From an uncultured archaeon (lineage in GTDB: Archaea; Aenigmatarchaeota; Aenigmatarchaeia; CG10238-14), in contig CAYJVB010000002.1 in the NCBI GenBank assembly GCA_964373575.1, positions 1-63,331 of the forward strand: a stretch of 63,331 nt of DNA, written 5' to 3'. The position numbers and the translations under genes are program-made. A model generated the notes under the pieces. It saw only the letters and a list, made by a program, of their open reading frames with translations, was not told the origin of the DNA and ran no database searches. Position 1 is the first letter of the stretch. Each line of letters opens with the position of its first letter. Shown here in pieces: positions 18,899-27,473 of the stretch.

Positions 18899-19864
18899 AT
18901 GGGTTTTTTTGAAGGTAGGAATGTTCTAATAACAGGGGCGGCAGGTTTTGGCGGTTCTAATTTAACTAAACTTTTGATAAATCAAGGAGCTAATATTACT
19001 GCGTTAGTAAGAGATGCGAAAAAGATGGTAAATCTTGAAGGTTATCTTGATAAAGTCAAAGTTGTAGAAGCTGATGTTAGAGACGAAAAAGCTGTTATGG
19101 GTGCTGTGAGAAATCAAGATATTATATATCATTTTGCCACTTTCCTTGGGACAGGGATGAAAAGTGTTATGTCTGCAGCTAAAGATCCAAAAACAACCTT
19201 TGGTATTAATGTTATTGGTGCTGTGAATGTTGCAAGGAACGCTTCCTTAGAAAATGTGAAGAGAATGGTATTCATCAGCACTTGTCACGTATATGGGGAA
19301 CAACCTTCTCATTTATTGCCGTTGAAGGAGGACGTTGTACCAAACCCCTTAGACATGTATGCTGTTTCTAAATATACAGCTGAATTGGCATTAAGACACT
19401 TTATGGATGATATAGAGATCATAATCACAAGAGCATTCAATCAATATGGAGAGGGACATATTGGAGATTACTTTATGCCTAAGGTTATAACACATTTCCT
19501 GAGAGGGGTTAAGCCCGTGCTGTGGAGTCCTTATACAACTAGAGATTATAGCTATGTTGGAGATGTTGTGGAGGGTTATTCATTGGTTGGAGAAAAGGGG
19601 AGAAAGAGCGAGGTGTACCATTTCTCTTCTGAAAGGGAAACAAGCATGGGAGATATGCTGAAAGCTATTGCTAATTCTTTTGAGGTTGAGGCGATTGATG
19701 TTGAATGGAGATCGGATAGACCCAATGATTTTTCTAGATCTTCTGGAGATTCGACTAAGGCTAGAAATCAGTTAGGGTGGTTGCCTAGAGTTTCCATAGA
19801 AGAAGGCATGAATAAAACAATTGATTGGTGGAAGAGACACCCTGAGCTGTGGGATTTGAAATAA
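18899..19864 (+). CDS. NAD-dependent SDR epimerase/reductase (extended SDR)
   Basis: ITGAAGFGGSNL, STCHVYGE, YAVSKY. Lacks the T-D-E triad of 4,6-dehydratases. Confidence 0.8.
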   Translation: MGFFEGRNVLITGAAGFGGSNLTKLLINQGANITALVRDAKKMVNLEGYLDKVKVVEADVRDEKAVMGAVRNQDIIYHFATFLGTGMKSVMSAAKDPKTTFGINVIGAVNVARNASLENVKRMVFISTCHVYGEQPSHLLPLKEDVVPNPLDMYAVSKYTAELALRHFMDDIEIIITRAFNQYGEGHIGDYFMPKVITHFLRGVKPVLWSPYTTRDYSYVGDVVEGYSLVGEKGRKSEVYHFSSERETSMGDMLKAIANSFEVEAIDVEWRSDRPNDFSRSSGDSTKARNQLGWLPRVSIEEGMNKTIDWWKRHPELWDLK

Positions 19865-19923
19865 TTAATAACTTACTGAAATTCAAACTCTTTAAATCCT
19901 TAACCCTGGTAAAATATTAAACT

Positions 19924-20727
19924 ATGGTTGAAATACAATATTACTTAAGACCGGAAATAGCAGCTGTATATGACCTATGTCCTCATCCAATTATATCAGG
20001 TAAATATTTGCTAGACGAACCAATTGAAAGTTATAGAGAAAGATTTGATAGTCCTAAACATGGACCTCCTGGCACACTATTTGATACTACAGGAAATGAA
20101 TACGTATACTTAGAAACTAGATATTGGTTATACAGAGCAGTAATAGACAGTATGTTGCCAGAAATGAGACATAATATGAGAATTTCTTCTGTTGGCGTGG
20201 CAGTTTTAACTCGAGATAAGAAAGTCTTAGTTCATAGACGTGGAAATGACATGGAACAATATCCCGGTAAGTTGGATAGTAGTGCGGCTGGAATAATGCA
20301 TATTGTAGATAGTAGATTAGATCCGAGAGCTGAAATAAAGGAAAAATTAAGAAGAGAGTTAGGAATAACTGATGATCAAATTCAATATCTTGGATTGTCT
20401 TGTGTTCATCACGCATCAGATCCCAAGGCTATGAGTGGCATGTACGGTTTTGTAGTTGGCGTCACGAGTGAACCAAGTGAATTAATAGAACAAGTGAATC
20501 CTCACTATATATCCGAAGCGGAGTTAATCAAGCGAGATGATTTACCAGATTTTGTATCCGAAAAATTTGGTACCCATGAATTAATTGGTGATGGTGCTGC
20601 TGTTTTACTAGCTAGTCTTCCTTACAATGTATTCATAGATACTGTTAAGAAAATAAATCGTAGGACGCGCCATAAAGTTGCATTTGGAAAGTTGCAAAGA
20701 GGCATTTTTATAGAAGAGATTATATAA
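19924..20727 (+). CDS. divergent Nudix-fold protein, unknown substrate
   Basis: VGVAVLTRDKKVLVHRRGNDMEQYPGKLDSSAAG...EIKEKLRRELGI follows the Nudix strand-loop-helix pattern, but most catalytic Glu residues are replaced. Confidence 0.5.
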   Translation: MVEIQYYLRPEIAAVYDLCPHPIISGKYLLDEPIESYRERFDSPKHGPPGTLFDTTGNEYVYLETRYWLYRAVIDSMLPEMRHNMRISSVGVAVLTRDKKVLVHRRGNDMEQYPGKLDSSAAGIMHIVDSRLDPRAEIKEKLRRELGITDDQIQYLGLSCVHHASDPKAMSGMYGFVVGVTSEPSELIEQVNPHYISEAELIKRDDLPDFVSEKFGTHELIGDGAAVLLASLPYNVFIDTVKKINRRTRHKVAFGKLQRGIFIEEII

Positions 20728-20747
20728 TTATGTTTCATATTTAGTTT

Positions 20748-21698
20748 ATGTCAAATTTTGAACAACTAAAAGATACACATGTTTTGGTTATCGGCGGAGC
20801 AGGTTTCATAGGTTCAAATCTTGTTAAACAGCTGTGCAAAATCGGATCAGAAATAACTATTCTAGATAACTTCTCAGCTGGAAGAAAAGAATATATTGAG
20901 GGATTGGACATCAAAGTAATCGATGGAGATATTACAGATACTAACGTATTTAGTGAGTTTAATTCTAAAATAGATTTTGTGGTTAACTTAGCTGCGTATT
21001 CTAATTTCAATAACTGCGAAAAGAATCCTGATATTGCTTTCAAAATAAATATTCAGGGAACATTTAATGTATTCAAATTTGCTTTGGAGAGGAAAGTAAA
21101 AAAAGTACTATTCCCATCATCATGTCTGCTTTATGGGACATATCCTAAATATTTACCACAAGACGAGAAACATCCAACTGAATTTGCTAGTAGTGTTTAT
21201 ACAACTACCAAGAAGATTGGAGAGGATATGTCCGCATTGTTCTATGAAAAGTATAAATTACCGATAATATGGTTTAGATTTTTCAACAACTTTGGTCCTG
21301 GACAACAATCTGATTATTTCATTCCAACATTGATAATACAAGCAATGAAGAATAAAGAGATAGAGATATGGAGCACAAGACCTGTTAGAGACTATATTTA
21401 TGTCAAGGATACAGTTAATGCATTAATGAAAGCTTTGACAGTTGATTTCTGTGGTGGTCCGGTGAACTTAGGCTCTGGTATTGAGACAAGCACAGGAGAG
21501 GTTGCAAAAAAGATCTCTGAAATGTTTAATGCTAAACTTAAGATTCTTGACAAACCAGTTGGAGGGGCTATGAGACAAAAGTGTGACTATTCATTAGCAA
21601 AAAAAGTTCTAGGTTGGGAACCAACTACTAAATTTGAAGATGGACTCAAAGAAACAATAGAGTGGTGGAAAAATAATCAATATTTGCTTGAAAAATAA
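20748..21698 (+). CDS. NAD-dependent SDR epimerase/reductase (extended SDR)
   Basis: VIGGAGFIGSNL, PSSCLLYG, YTTTKK. Confidence 0.8.
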   Translation: MSNFEQLKDTHVLVIGGAGFIGSNLVKQLCKIGSEITILDNFSAGRKEYIEGLDIKVIDGDITDTNVFSEFNSKIDFVVNLAAYSNFNNCEKNPDIAFKINIQGTFNVFKFALERKVKKVLFPSSCLLYGTYPKYLPQDEKHPTEFASSVYTTTKKIGEDMSALFYEKYKLPIIWFRFFNNFGPGQQSDYFIPTLIIQAMKNKEIEIWSTRPVRDYIYVKDTVNALMKALTVDFCGGPVNLGSGIETSTGEVAKKISEMFNAKLKILDKPVGGAMRQKCDYSLAKKVLGWEPTTKFEDGLKETIEWWKNNQYLLEK

Positions 21699-22964
21699 TT
21701 ACTTTTTACTTGAATCTATTATTTTGAATTCTGGTAATGGTACTATGAATTTGCCGCCTGATTCTAGGAAATCCCTTTCCCTTTCTTTGAATGATTCAAG
21801 AAAATGCCATGGTAATACCAAGAAATAATCAGGTTTTTCTGCTCTAGCTTGTTCTTCTGATATTATAGGTATCCATGTTCCAATCGTCATTTTACCCCAT
21901 TTATTTGGATTTCTTTCTGCAGCTGCTTTTATCACATTGCTATCTAGGCCGAAGTATTGTAGTAGAGTATTTCCTTTTGTAGAAGCACCATAAACATACA
22001 CACTTTTTCCAGTGTCGACTTCTTTTTTTATGAATGTAGTTAATTCTTTTTTTATTTTGTCTATTCTTTTAGTAAATTCGTCATATACTTGTCTACTACT
22101 AAGACCAAGTTTTTCTTCATATTCTTCTAAATATTGTAATCTTTCTTTTGCTCCACCAAACGGTTTTATTGATTTGGCATGTTTGTGCTTAATATATGTT
22201 CTGATGCTCCCACCGTTTATCGCATTCAGTTCAACATCAAAAATTTCAAGATGATGTCTTTCTAGAAGATTTTTCAACGCTAACACTGAATAATATTCTA
22301 GGTGCTCGTGACATATTGCATCAAAAGCATTTTTTTCCAACGTAAGAGGCAGATAATGCATTTCAATTATCCATACACCGTTATCATCTAAACATTTTAC
22401 TACACCAGCAACAAATGTATTTGGATCATCTAAATCATAGAACATGGCAATGCTTGTGATAACTTTTGCTTTTTTGCCACTAGAAACTTTTCTGAATTCT
22501 TCATAGCCGAAAAAATCGTTAATGATTTTTGTTGTGGCAACTTCTGCCTCTGTAATCAAATTTGTTGCTGGCTCAAAACCAATTGCATTAATATTTTTTG
22601 TTTTGTACGCTCTCAAGAGAGTGCCATCATTACATCCTATGTCTAATACAATATCTCCCGTGTTTAATTTCACTAACTGTTCTGCTTTATCTACAATGTC
22701 TTTCAACGCTTGTCTCATTGACTCGTTTGTTCCTGACTTATACCAGTAGTTTCTGTAAAGAATTTGTCCTGGTATTGTATGCTTCAATTGTAATAAACCA
22801 CAGCCACCATTATTGACATCACAGAGAACTAGCTCTAATGGGGCCTTTACCCCTTCTTCTTTAGAATCTACAAAATTAGAGACATAATGTGTTCCCAAAG
22901 AAAGAATAGAAATTAGGTCTTCTGAGCCACAAATTCTGCAGCTTGTTATTTCTCTAATTTGCAT
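21699..22964 (-). CDS. NDP-hexose C-methyltransferase (TylC3-like)
   Basis: CRICGS...C...GGCGLLQL ribbon and VLDIGCNDGTLL SAM motif. The C-terminal domain is shared with 6942-8222. Confidence 0.8.
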   Translation of the reverse strand: MQIREITSCRICGSEDLISILSLGTHYVSNFVDSKEEGVKAPLELVLCDVNNGGCGLLQLKHTIPGQILYRNYWYKSGTNESMRQALKDIVDKAEQLVKLNTGDIVLDIGCNDGTLLRAYKTKNINAIGFEPATNLITEAEVATTKIINDFFGYEEFRKVSSGKKAKVITSIAMFYDLDDPNTFVAGVVKCLDDNGVWIIEMHYLPLTLEKNAFDAICHEHLEYYSVLALKNLLERHHLEIFDVELNAINGGSIRTYIKHKHAKSIKPFGGAKERLQYLEEYEEKLGLSSRQVYDEFTKRIDKIKKELTTFIKKEVDTGKSVYVYGASTKGNTLLQYFGLDSNVIKAAAERNPNKWGKMTIGTWIPIISEEQARAEKPDYFLVLPWHFLESFKERERDFLESGGKFIVPLPEFKIIDSSKK

Positions 22965-23077
22965 AGAATACCCTTTGAAAATATCAAAATTATATATGCA
23001 ATAAAACTTTTAAGTTAATAGACAAGCTTTTTCTGAAAACTTCTTATTTTTTAACTTTATCTTTTAGATAGGCTATC

Positions 23078-23536
23078 ATGAGGAAAAAGATTTGCATAAC
23101 CTGTAGCGCTGGAGGCCACTTTGCTGAGGCTATACAGCTTTTACCTATTCTGAAAAGTTATGACACATTTTTCTTTACTTTTTATGTCAGCCATATCAAA
23201 AGCTCTCTGAGAGGATATAAAGTCTATTATACATTTAACCCAAAAAGGAGCCCTTTAATTTATGCTAGGATAATTCTTAAATCCATCTTTGTTTTGCTAA
23301 AAGAAAGACCGAAAGTTATTATCTCGACAGGCGCAGGAAGTACGGTTCCTATATCTTTGTTAGGAAAGTTATTGTTTAATGCCAAATTAATATACGTTGA
23401 TTGTTCTGCTCAAGTAAGAACTCCATCTCTGACAGGGCGTATTATCTACAATATTGCTGATCTTTTCTTTGTGCAGTGGAAGTTACTGAAAAATAGATAT
23501 GGAGATAAGGCGATATACGGTGGTTTGTTGATATGA
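23078..23536 (+). CDS. Alg14/PssD/Cps14F-like glycosyltransferase membrane-anchoring subunit
   Basis: CITCSAGGHFAEAIQL..., VIISTGAGSTVP, SLTGRIIYNIADLFFVQW. Confidence 0.75.
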   Translation: MRKKICITCSAGGHFAEAIQLLPILKSYDTFFFTFYVSHIKSSLRGYKVYYTFNPKRSPLIYARIILKSIFVLLKERPKVIISTGAGSTVPISLLGKLLFNAKLIYVDCSAQVRTPSLTGRIIYNIADLFFVQWKLLKNRYGDKAIYGGLLI

Positions 23537-24009
23537 TATTAGTAACAGTTGGCACACACGAGCAACCATTTGATAGGTTAATAGAGGAGGTGGATAGACT
23601 TGCAGGCAAAGGCAGGCTAAGAGATGTTGTAGCGCAAATTGGATATTGTAAATACAGGCCTAAGTACATCAAAAAAGTTTTCAAATTCGTTGAATATCAA
23701 GAAATGGATAGGCTGTTCAGAGATGCAGATATAGTTATTACCCATGCAGGTATTGGATCTACGTTGCTAGCTATTAGATACGGTAAACCTACTGTTGTTG
23801 TACCGCGGTTGAAAGAGCTTGGAGAACACTTAACATACCATCAGTTGGATGTTACTAGAGAGTTAGCATCTGATGATAAAATAATTGCAGTGTATGATGT
23901 AAAAGACTTGGAAGAAGCTGTGCAGAAAGCGAAAAACTGGAAAGTAAAACCCATTAAAAAAGGTAAAGTGTTTAATATTATTCGAGATTATTTAACTAAG
24001 ATTATGTGA
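23533..24009 (+). CDS. Alg13/PssE/Cps14G-like glycosyltransferase catalytic subunit (Glyco_tran_28_C)
   Basis: MILVTVGTHEQPFDRLI..., ITHAGIGSTL, LGEHLTYHQLDV. The start overlaps the Alg14-like stop (ATGA). Confidence 0.75.
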   Translation: MILVTVGTHEQPFDRLIEEVDRLAGKGRLRDVVAQIGYCKYRPKYIKKVFKFVEYQEMDRLFRDADIVITHAGIGSTLLAIRYGKPTVVVPRLKELGEHLTYHQLDVTRELASDDKIIAVYDVKDLEEAVQKAKNWKVKPIKKGKVFNIIRDYLTKIM

Positions 24010-24013
24010 TTTG

Positions 24014-24679
24014 ATGAGTTATTATCGAAGTTTTAGAATCGTGATTGGGAGTAGATTATGGCGTTGGTATGTCCATAAGGTCTACGAGGAAAATTTGGCT
24101 GATTTGGAGAAGATAAGTTTTTGGCCGGATTTTTCTAGGGAGGGTTTTACTTGTTTATTGTGTGGAGTAGGTAATGAAGCTACGGCGGAAGTGTTTATTA
24201 ATTTCGTTTTTAGTAAGAACCCAAAAGCAAGGATTGTTATTATTGATTTAGGTGCAGAGCAGATTGAAGCAGTAAAGCAAATGGTTAAAGAGAAGTTTAC
24301 AAGAGGTGAGATAGAGGTAAGGCAGATGAATGCGCTTGACTTGGCCAAGTGGATTGATAGCGGGAGTATTGATTGGATTGAAACGGACGTAATATCACCC
24401 TTTTTTGATGATCAATCGCTAGAGAAATTGTTTAAAGTTTGGGGTCAGTTGTTGACTAAGAGTGGCTTTGTTACTAATCGGGTGATGGCGAGCAGAAATG
24501 TGTGGGAGCGGATGATCGAGCGAATTGTTATTTGGTTAGGTAAAATATGGTTGGGGGTAAAATTGTATCCACGGTCGAAGAAGTCATTTGAAGCTATGCT
24601 CACCACGCAGAGATGGCGGTTTGTGGATGTACCGACAATATTACCAACTTTGTGGCGATACGCTATGGTTGGGGTGTAG
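24014..24679 (+). CDS. putative class I SAM methyltransferase-like protein
   Basis: LLCGVGNEA (motif I-like), VIIDLGAEQIE, QMNALDL, LLTKSGFV. Divergent, and G+C looks higher than surrounding genes. Confidence 0.45.
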   Translation: MSYYRSFRIVIGSRLWRWYVHKVYEENLADLEKISFWPDFSREGFTCLLCGVGNEATAEVFINFVFSKNPKARIVIIDLGAEQIEAVKQMVKEKFTRGEIEVRQMNALDLAKWIDSGSIDWIETDVISPFFDDQSLEKLFKVWGQLLTKSGFVTNRVMASRNVWERMIERIVIWLGKIWLGVKLYPRSKKSFEAMLTTQRWRFVDVPTILPTLWRYAMVGV

Positions 24680-24822
24680 GACAGTAGATATGTGGTTGTT
24701 TATTATCTTTTATGTAAGGCCATAATAAAGTTTCTTTGCCACCACAAAATAAAACAACTTGTGTCGTACTTCCAGTATTATCTATTTAAGAATTGTCTTA
24801 GATACTAAGAGAAGGTGGTTTT

Positions 24823-25953
24823 ATTAGAATACTTTATCTTACTAGGGGAATGGCACCTTTCAAAGGTGGAATTGAAACATACTCGAATGAGCTAATAAAG
24901 CAGTTAGAAAAATTCAACAATATTAATATTATAACTTATTTGCATCCTGATAGACCACCAAAATCTAATATCCACCAAATTAGACATATTTTTCAAAATA
25001 GAAGCAAAGATTTTTTTAATTATTTTTTTTCCTCGATTAAAATTTCTTTTGGTTTAAAGTTTGACGTAATTCATGCAGCCAATGTTATTGAAGCGCTTCC
25101 TGGTATTGTATTGAAATTCTTAACAGGAAAACCTTTGGTAACCTCAGTTCATGACACGGGTTTTGTCAGAGCTAATCCACAATGGTCTACTTTTAGTTTT
25201 CTTATGCGAAAATATATTAGAAAATTTGTTTGCAAAATGTCTGATAAAGTTATTGTTCCAACTGAAAATATTAAAAATCAAATTGTAAAATTCTTAAATG
25301 TTGACCCATCAAATATAGTTGCAGTTCATTATGGTGTTGATAAGAAACTTTTTAATCCACATAATAAAGGAGTTTTGCGATCAAAATTAAAAATTCCAAA
25401 GGAAACATTTGTATTATATTATTGTGGTATGCTTTACCCTAAAAAGGGACTTGAATATGCTATTGAGGCTTTGAAATATGTCAAGGAGAAGACTAGTAAT
25501 TTTGTTTTTGTTATAGATGGAGCAGAGATATTTCTTGGATACGAGGATAGATTAAAAAAGCTTAGAGATGATTTTGATTTGGTCAATAAAATCATTTTTG
25601 TTGGACTGACAAAAGATAGAGAGAATTGGTATGTTGACTGTGATGCTTTTATTTTGCCTAGTGTTGATACTGAGGGATTGAGTGTAACTTGTCTTGAGTC
25701 AGGCGCTTCTGGTAAACCAATTATAACAACTACAATTCTTGAAGAAACAGGGGCTGTTATTAGGAATAAAACAGCATTAGTAGTTAAGCCTAAAGATTCT
25801 AAAGCTCTAGCAGAAGCTATTTTAAAACTAATTGAAGATAAATCATTAAGAAAAAGACTTTCCAAGGGAAGCTATCAGTATTCGATGAATTTCGATTGGG
25901 AGAAAACAAAAAAGGAAACTCAAGGGATCTATAAAGAAATAATTGGTGAATAA
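24823..25953 (+). CDS. GT4 (GT-B) glycosyltransferase, probably initiating at ATT
   Basis: The first ATG is 24850, but the conserved GT4 N-terminal strand (x)RILYLTRG is encoded in frame upstream. The only plausible start is ATT 24823, preceded by GAAGGTGG at 24811-24818. Also carries the C-terminal E-x7-E region. Confidence 0.7.
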   Translation: MRILYLTRGMAPFKGGIETYSNELIKQLEKFNNINIITYLHPDRPPKSNIHQIRHIFQNRSKDFFNYFFSSIKISFGLKFDVIHAANVIEALPGIVLKFLTGKPLVTSVHDTGFVRANPQWSTFSFLMRKYIRKFVCKMSDKVIVPTENIKNQIVKFLNVDPSNIVAVHYGVDKKLFNPHNKGVLRSKLKIPKETFVLYYCGMLYPKKGLEYAIEALKYVKEKTSNFVFVIDGAEIFLGYEDRLKKLRDDFDLVNKIIFVGLTKDRENWYVDCDAFILPSVDTEGLSVTCLESGASGKPIITTTILEETGAVIRNKTALVVKPKDSKALAEAILKLIEDKSLRKRLSKGSYQYSMNFDWEKTKKETQGIYKEIIGE

Positions 25954-26500
25954 TATCAAAATATTAGATATTGGTTGTGATGGAAGAAAATATCGAGCCA
26001 ATCCTGATGATAAGATTGTTGGACTGGATTTATATCCGGATAAAGATGTTGATGTTGTGTGGGATTTGGAGAAAATTCCACTTCCTTTCAAGAACAACGA
26101 GTTTGATATGGTAACTGCTAGCCACATATTAGAACATATAAACAACTTTTTTTCCCTGATTGAAGAAATACATCGAGTTATTAAGCCAGGCGGTGTTTTT
26201 AAGGTTTGGGTGCCTCATGCATCAGATCTGGCAGCTTTTGGCCATGTAGGACACGTAAGATATTTCACCGTTAATACTTTTTCTCATTTTACAGAATCGC
26301 ATCGTGAGAATCAGTTCACAAAGGCTCGATTCAAAATTAGAAAAGTACAATTGTTTTATGTTAGAAATTTTTCTAGATTTTGGATATTAAATTTTTTATT
26401 TTATCCCTTGATGAATTTTAGTCATAAATTGTATGAAAAGTTATTTTCTAGATTAATCCCAGCTGTTGAAATGTATGTTGAATTGGAGGTAGTTAAATGA
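25943..26500 (+). CDS. class I SAM-dependent methyltransferase (Methyltransf_11-like)
   Basis: ILDIGCDG, ASHILEHI, IKPGGVF. A TTG/GTG start overlaps the end of the upstream gene. Confidence 0.7.
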   Translation: MVNNIKILDIGCDGRKYRANPDDKIVGLDLYPDKDVDVVWDLEKIPLPFKNNEFDMVTASHILEHINNFFSLIEEIHRVIKPGGVFKVWVPHASDLAAFGHVGHVRYFTVNTFSHFTESHRENQFTKARFKIRKVQLFYVRNFSRFWILNFLFYPLMNFSHKLYEKLFSRLIPAVEMYVELEVVK

Positions 26501-27471
26501 AAAAGGAACCTTCTGTTACAATTTTTGTTCCAGTTAAAAATTCTGAATCAACAATTAAAATGTGCATCGACTCTTTGCTTCAACTAAATTATAGAAACAA
26601 AAAAATTTTTATAATAGATAACATGTCAACAGATAATACTTATCATATACTTAAAAGTTACGGTAAAAAGATAAATTTGTCTAGAATGTCTGGAACAGTC
26701 CCAAAATTACATAATGCTATAATTAGAGGTACAAAAAGTAATTTTTTGGCATATACTAACGCTGATTGTGTTGTAAAAAGGGACTGGTTAAAAAAACTCA
26801 TACTAAATTTTACTTCAGATGATATTGTTGCTACGACAGGTTATTGTGCTACACCTAAGGGATTGAATAAACTTCAAACTATAATTGGGGAAGAGTTAGA
26901 AGCTCGTTTTAAAAAGTCTCCTGAATTTGTTTCTAGAGGACCTGATATGAATTTGTGTGTGCGAGCTAATGTAGCTAGGCGTGTTATGTTTGATGAAAGA
27001 TTTGTTTGGTCCTGGGAATCGGATTTTGGTTATAGACTGACTAAATTAGGTAAAATGAAATTTGTTCCTGATGCAATTGTTTATCATTATCATAGACCTA
27101 CATGGCCACGTTTTTTTAAACAACAATTTAATAATGCTCTTATTAACGTTCTTCTATATTGGAAACACAAAAATAAAATTTTAGGCGATCATATATCAAC
27201 AGCTTCCATGGCTATCACATTAGGTTTTGCGTATCTCACCTTTCTATTTTTTGCATTATCAATCTTTAGTGGCTTTTTTGTTAAACCGCTTTTTCTTTCT
27301 CTATTTTGTCTGCTTTTACTTTATATCAATGATGTATTACGTATATCAAGAAATATCAATGATGTACCGTTGATTTTTATTGTTTTATTGATAAGAACGA
27401 TTGCGTGGTCTATTGGATGGGCTTATGGTTTAATTTTGTTTTTTAAGAAGGGATGGTATAAATGGTATTAA
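26497..27471 (+). CDS. GT2 glycosyltransferase with C-terminal TM segments
   Basis: TIFVPVKNSE, IIDNMSTDNT, YTNADCV. GGAGGT at 26485-26490 precedes the ATG. Confidence 0.8.
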   Translation: MKKEPSVTIFVPVKNSESTIKMCIDSLLQLNYRNKKIFIIDNMSTDNTYHILKSYGKKINLSRMSGTVPKLHNAIIRGTKSNFLAYTNADCVVKRDWLKKLILNFTSDDIVATTGYCATPKGLNKLQTIIGEELEARFKKSPEFVSRGPDMNLCVRANVARRVMFDERFVWSWESDFGYRLTKLGKMKFVPDAIVYHYHRPTWPRFFKQQFNNALINVLLYWKHKNKILGDHISTASMAITLGFAYLTFLFFALSIFSGFFVKPLFLSLFCLLLLYINDVLRISRNINDVPLIFIVLLIRTIAWSIGWAYGLILFFKKGWYKWY

Positions 27472-27473
27472 AA

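Noticed and set aside
24680-24798. Imperfect inverted repeat (GTTGTTTATT ... AATAAAACAAC) in the intergenic region before the GT4 gene.
   Set aside because: The arms are imperfect and AT-rich with a ~40-nt loop, which is within what is expected by chance in AT-rich spacer DNA.
25434-26145. 143-aa and 99-aa ORFs antisense to the GT4 and methyltransferase genes.
   Set aside because: They have no motifs and overlap strongly supported sense genes. They are likely shadow ORFs.
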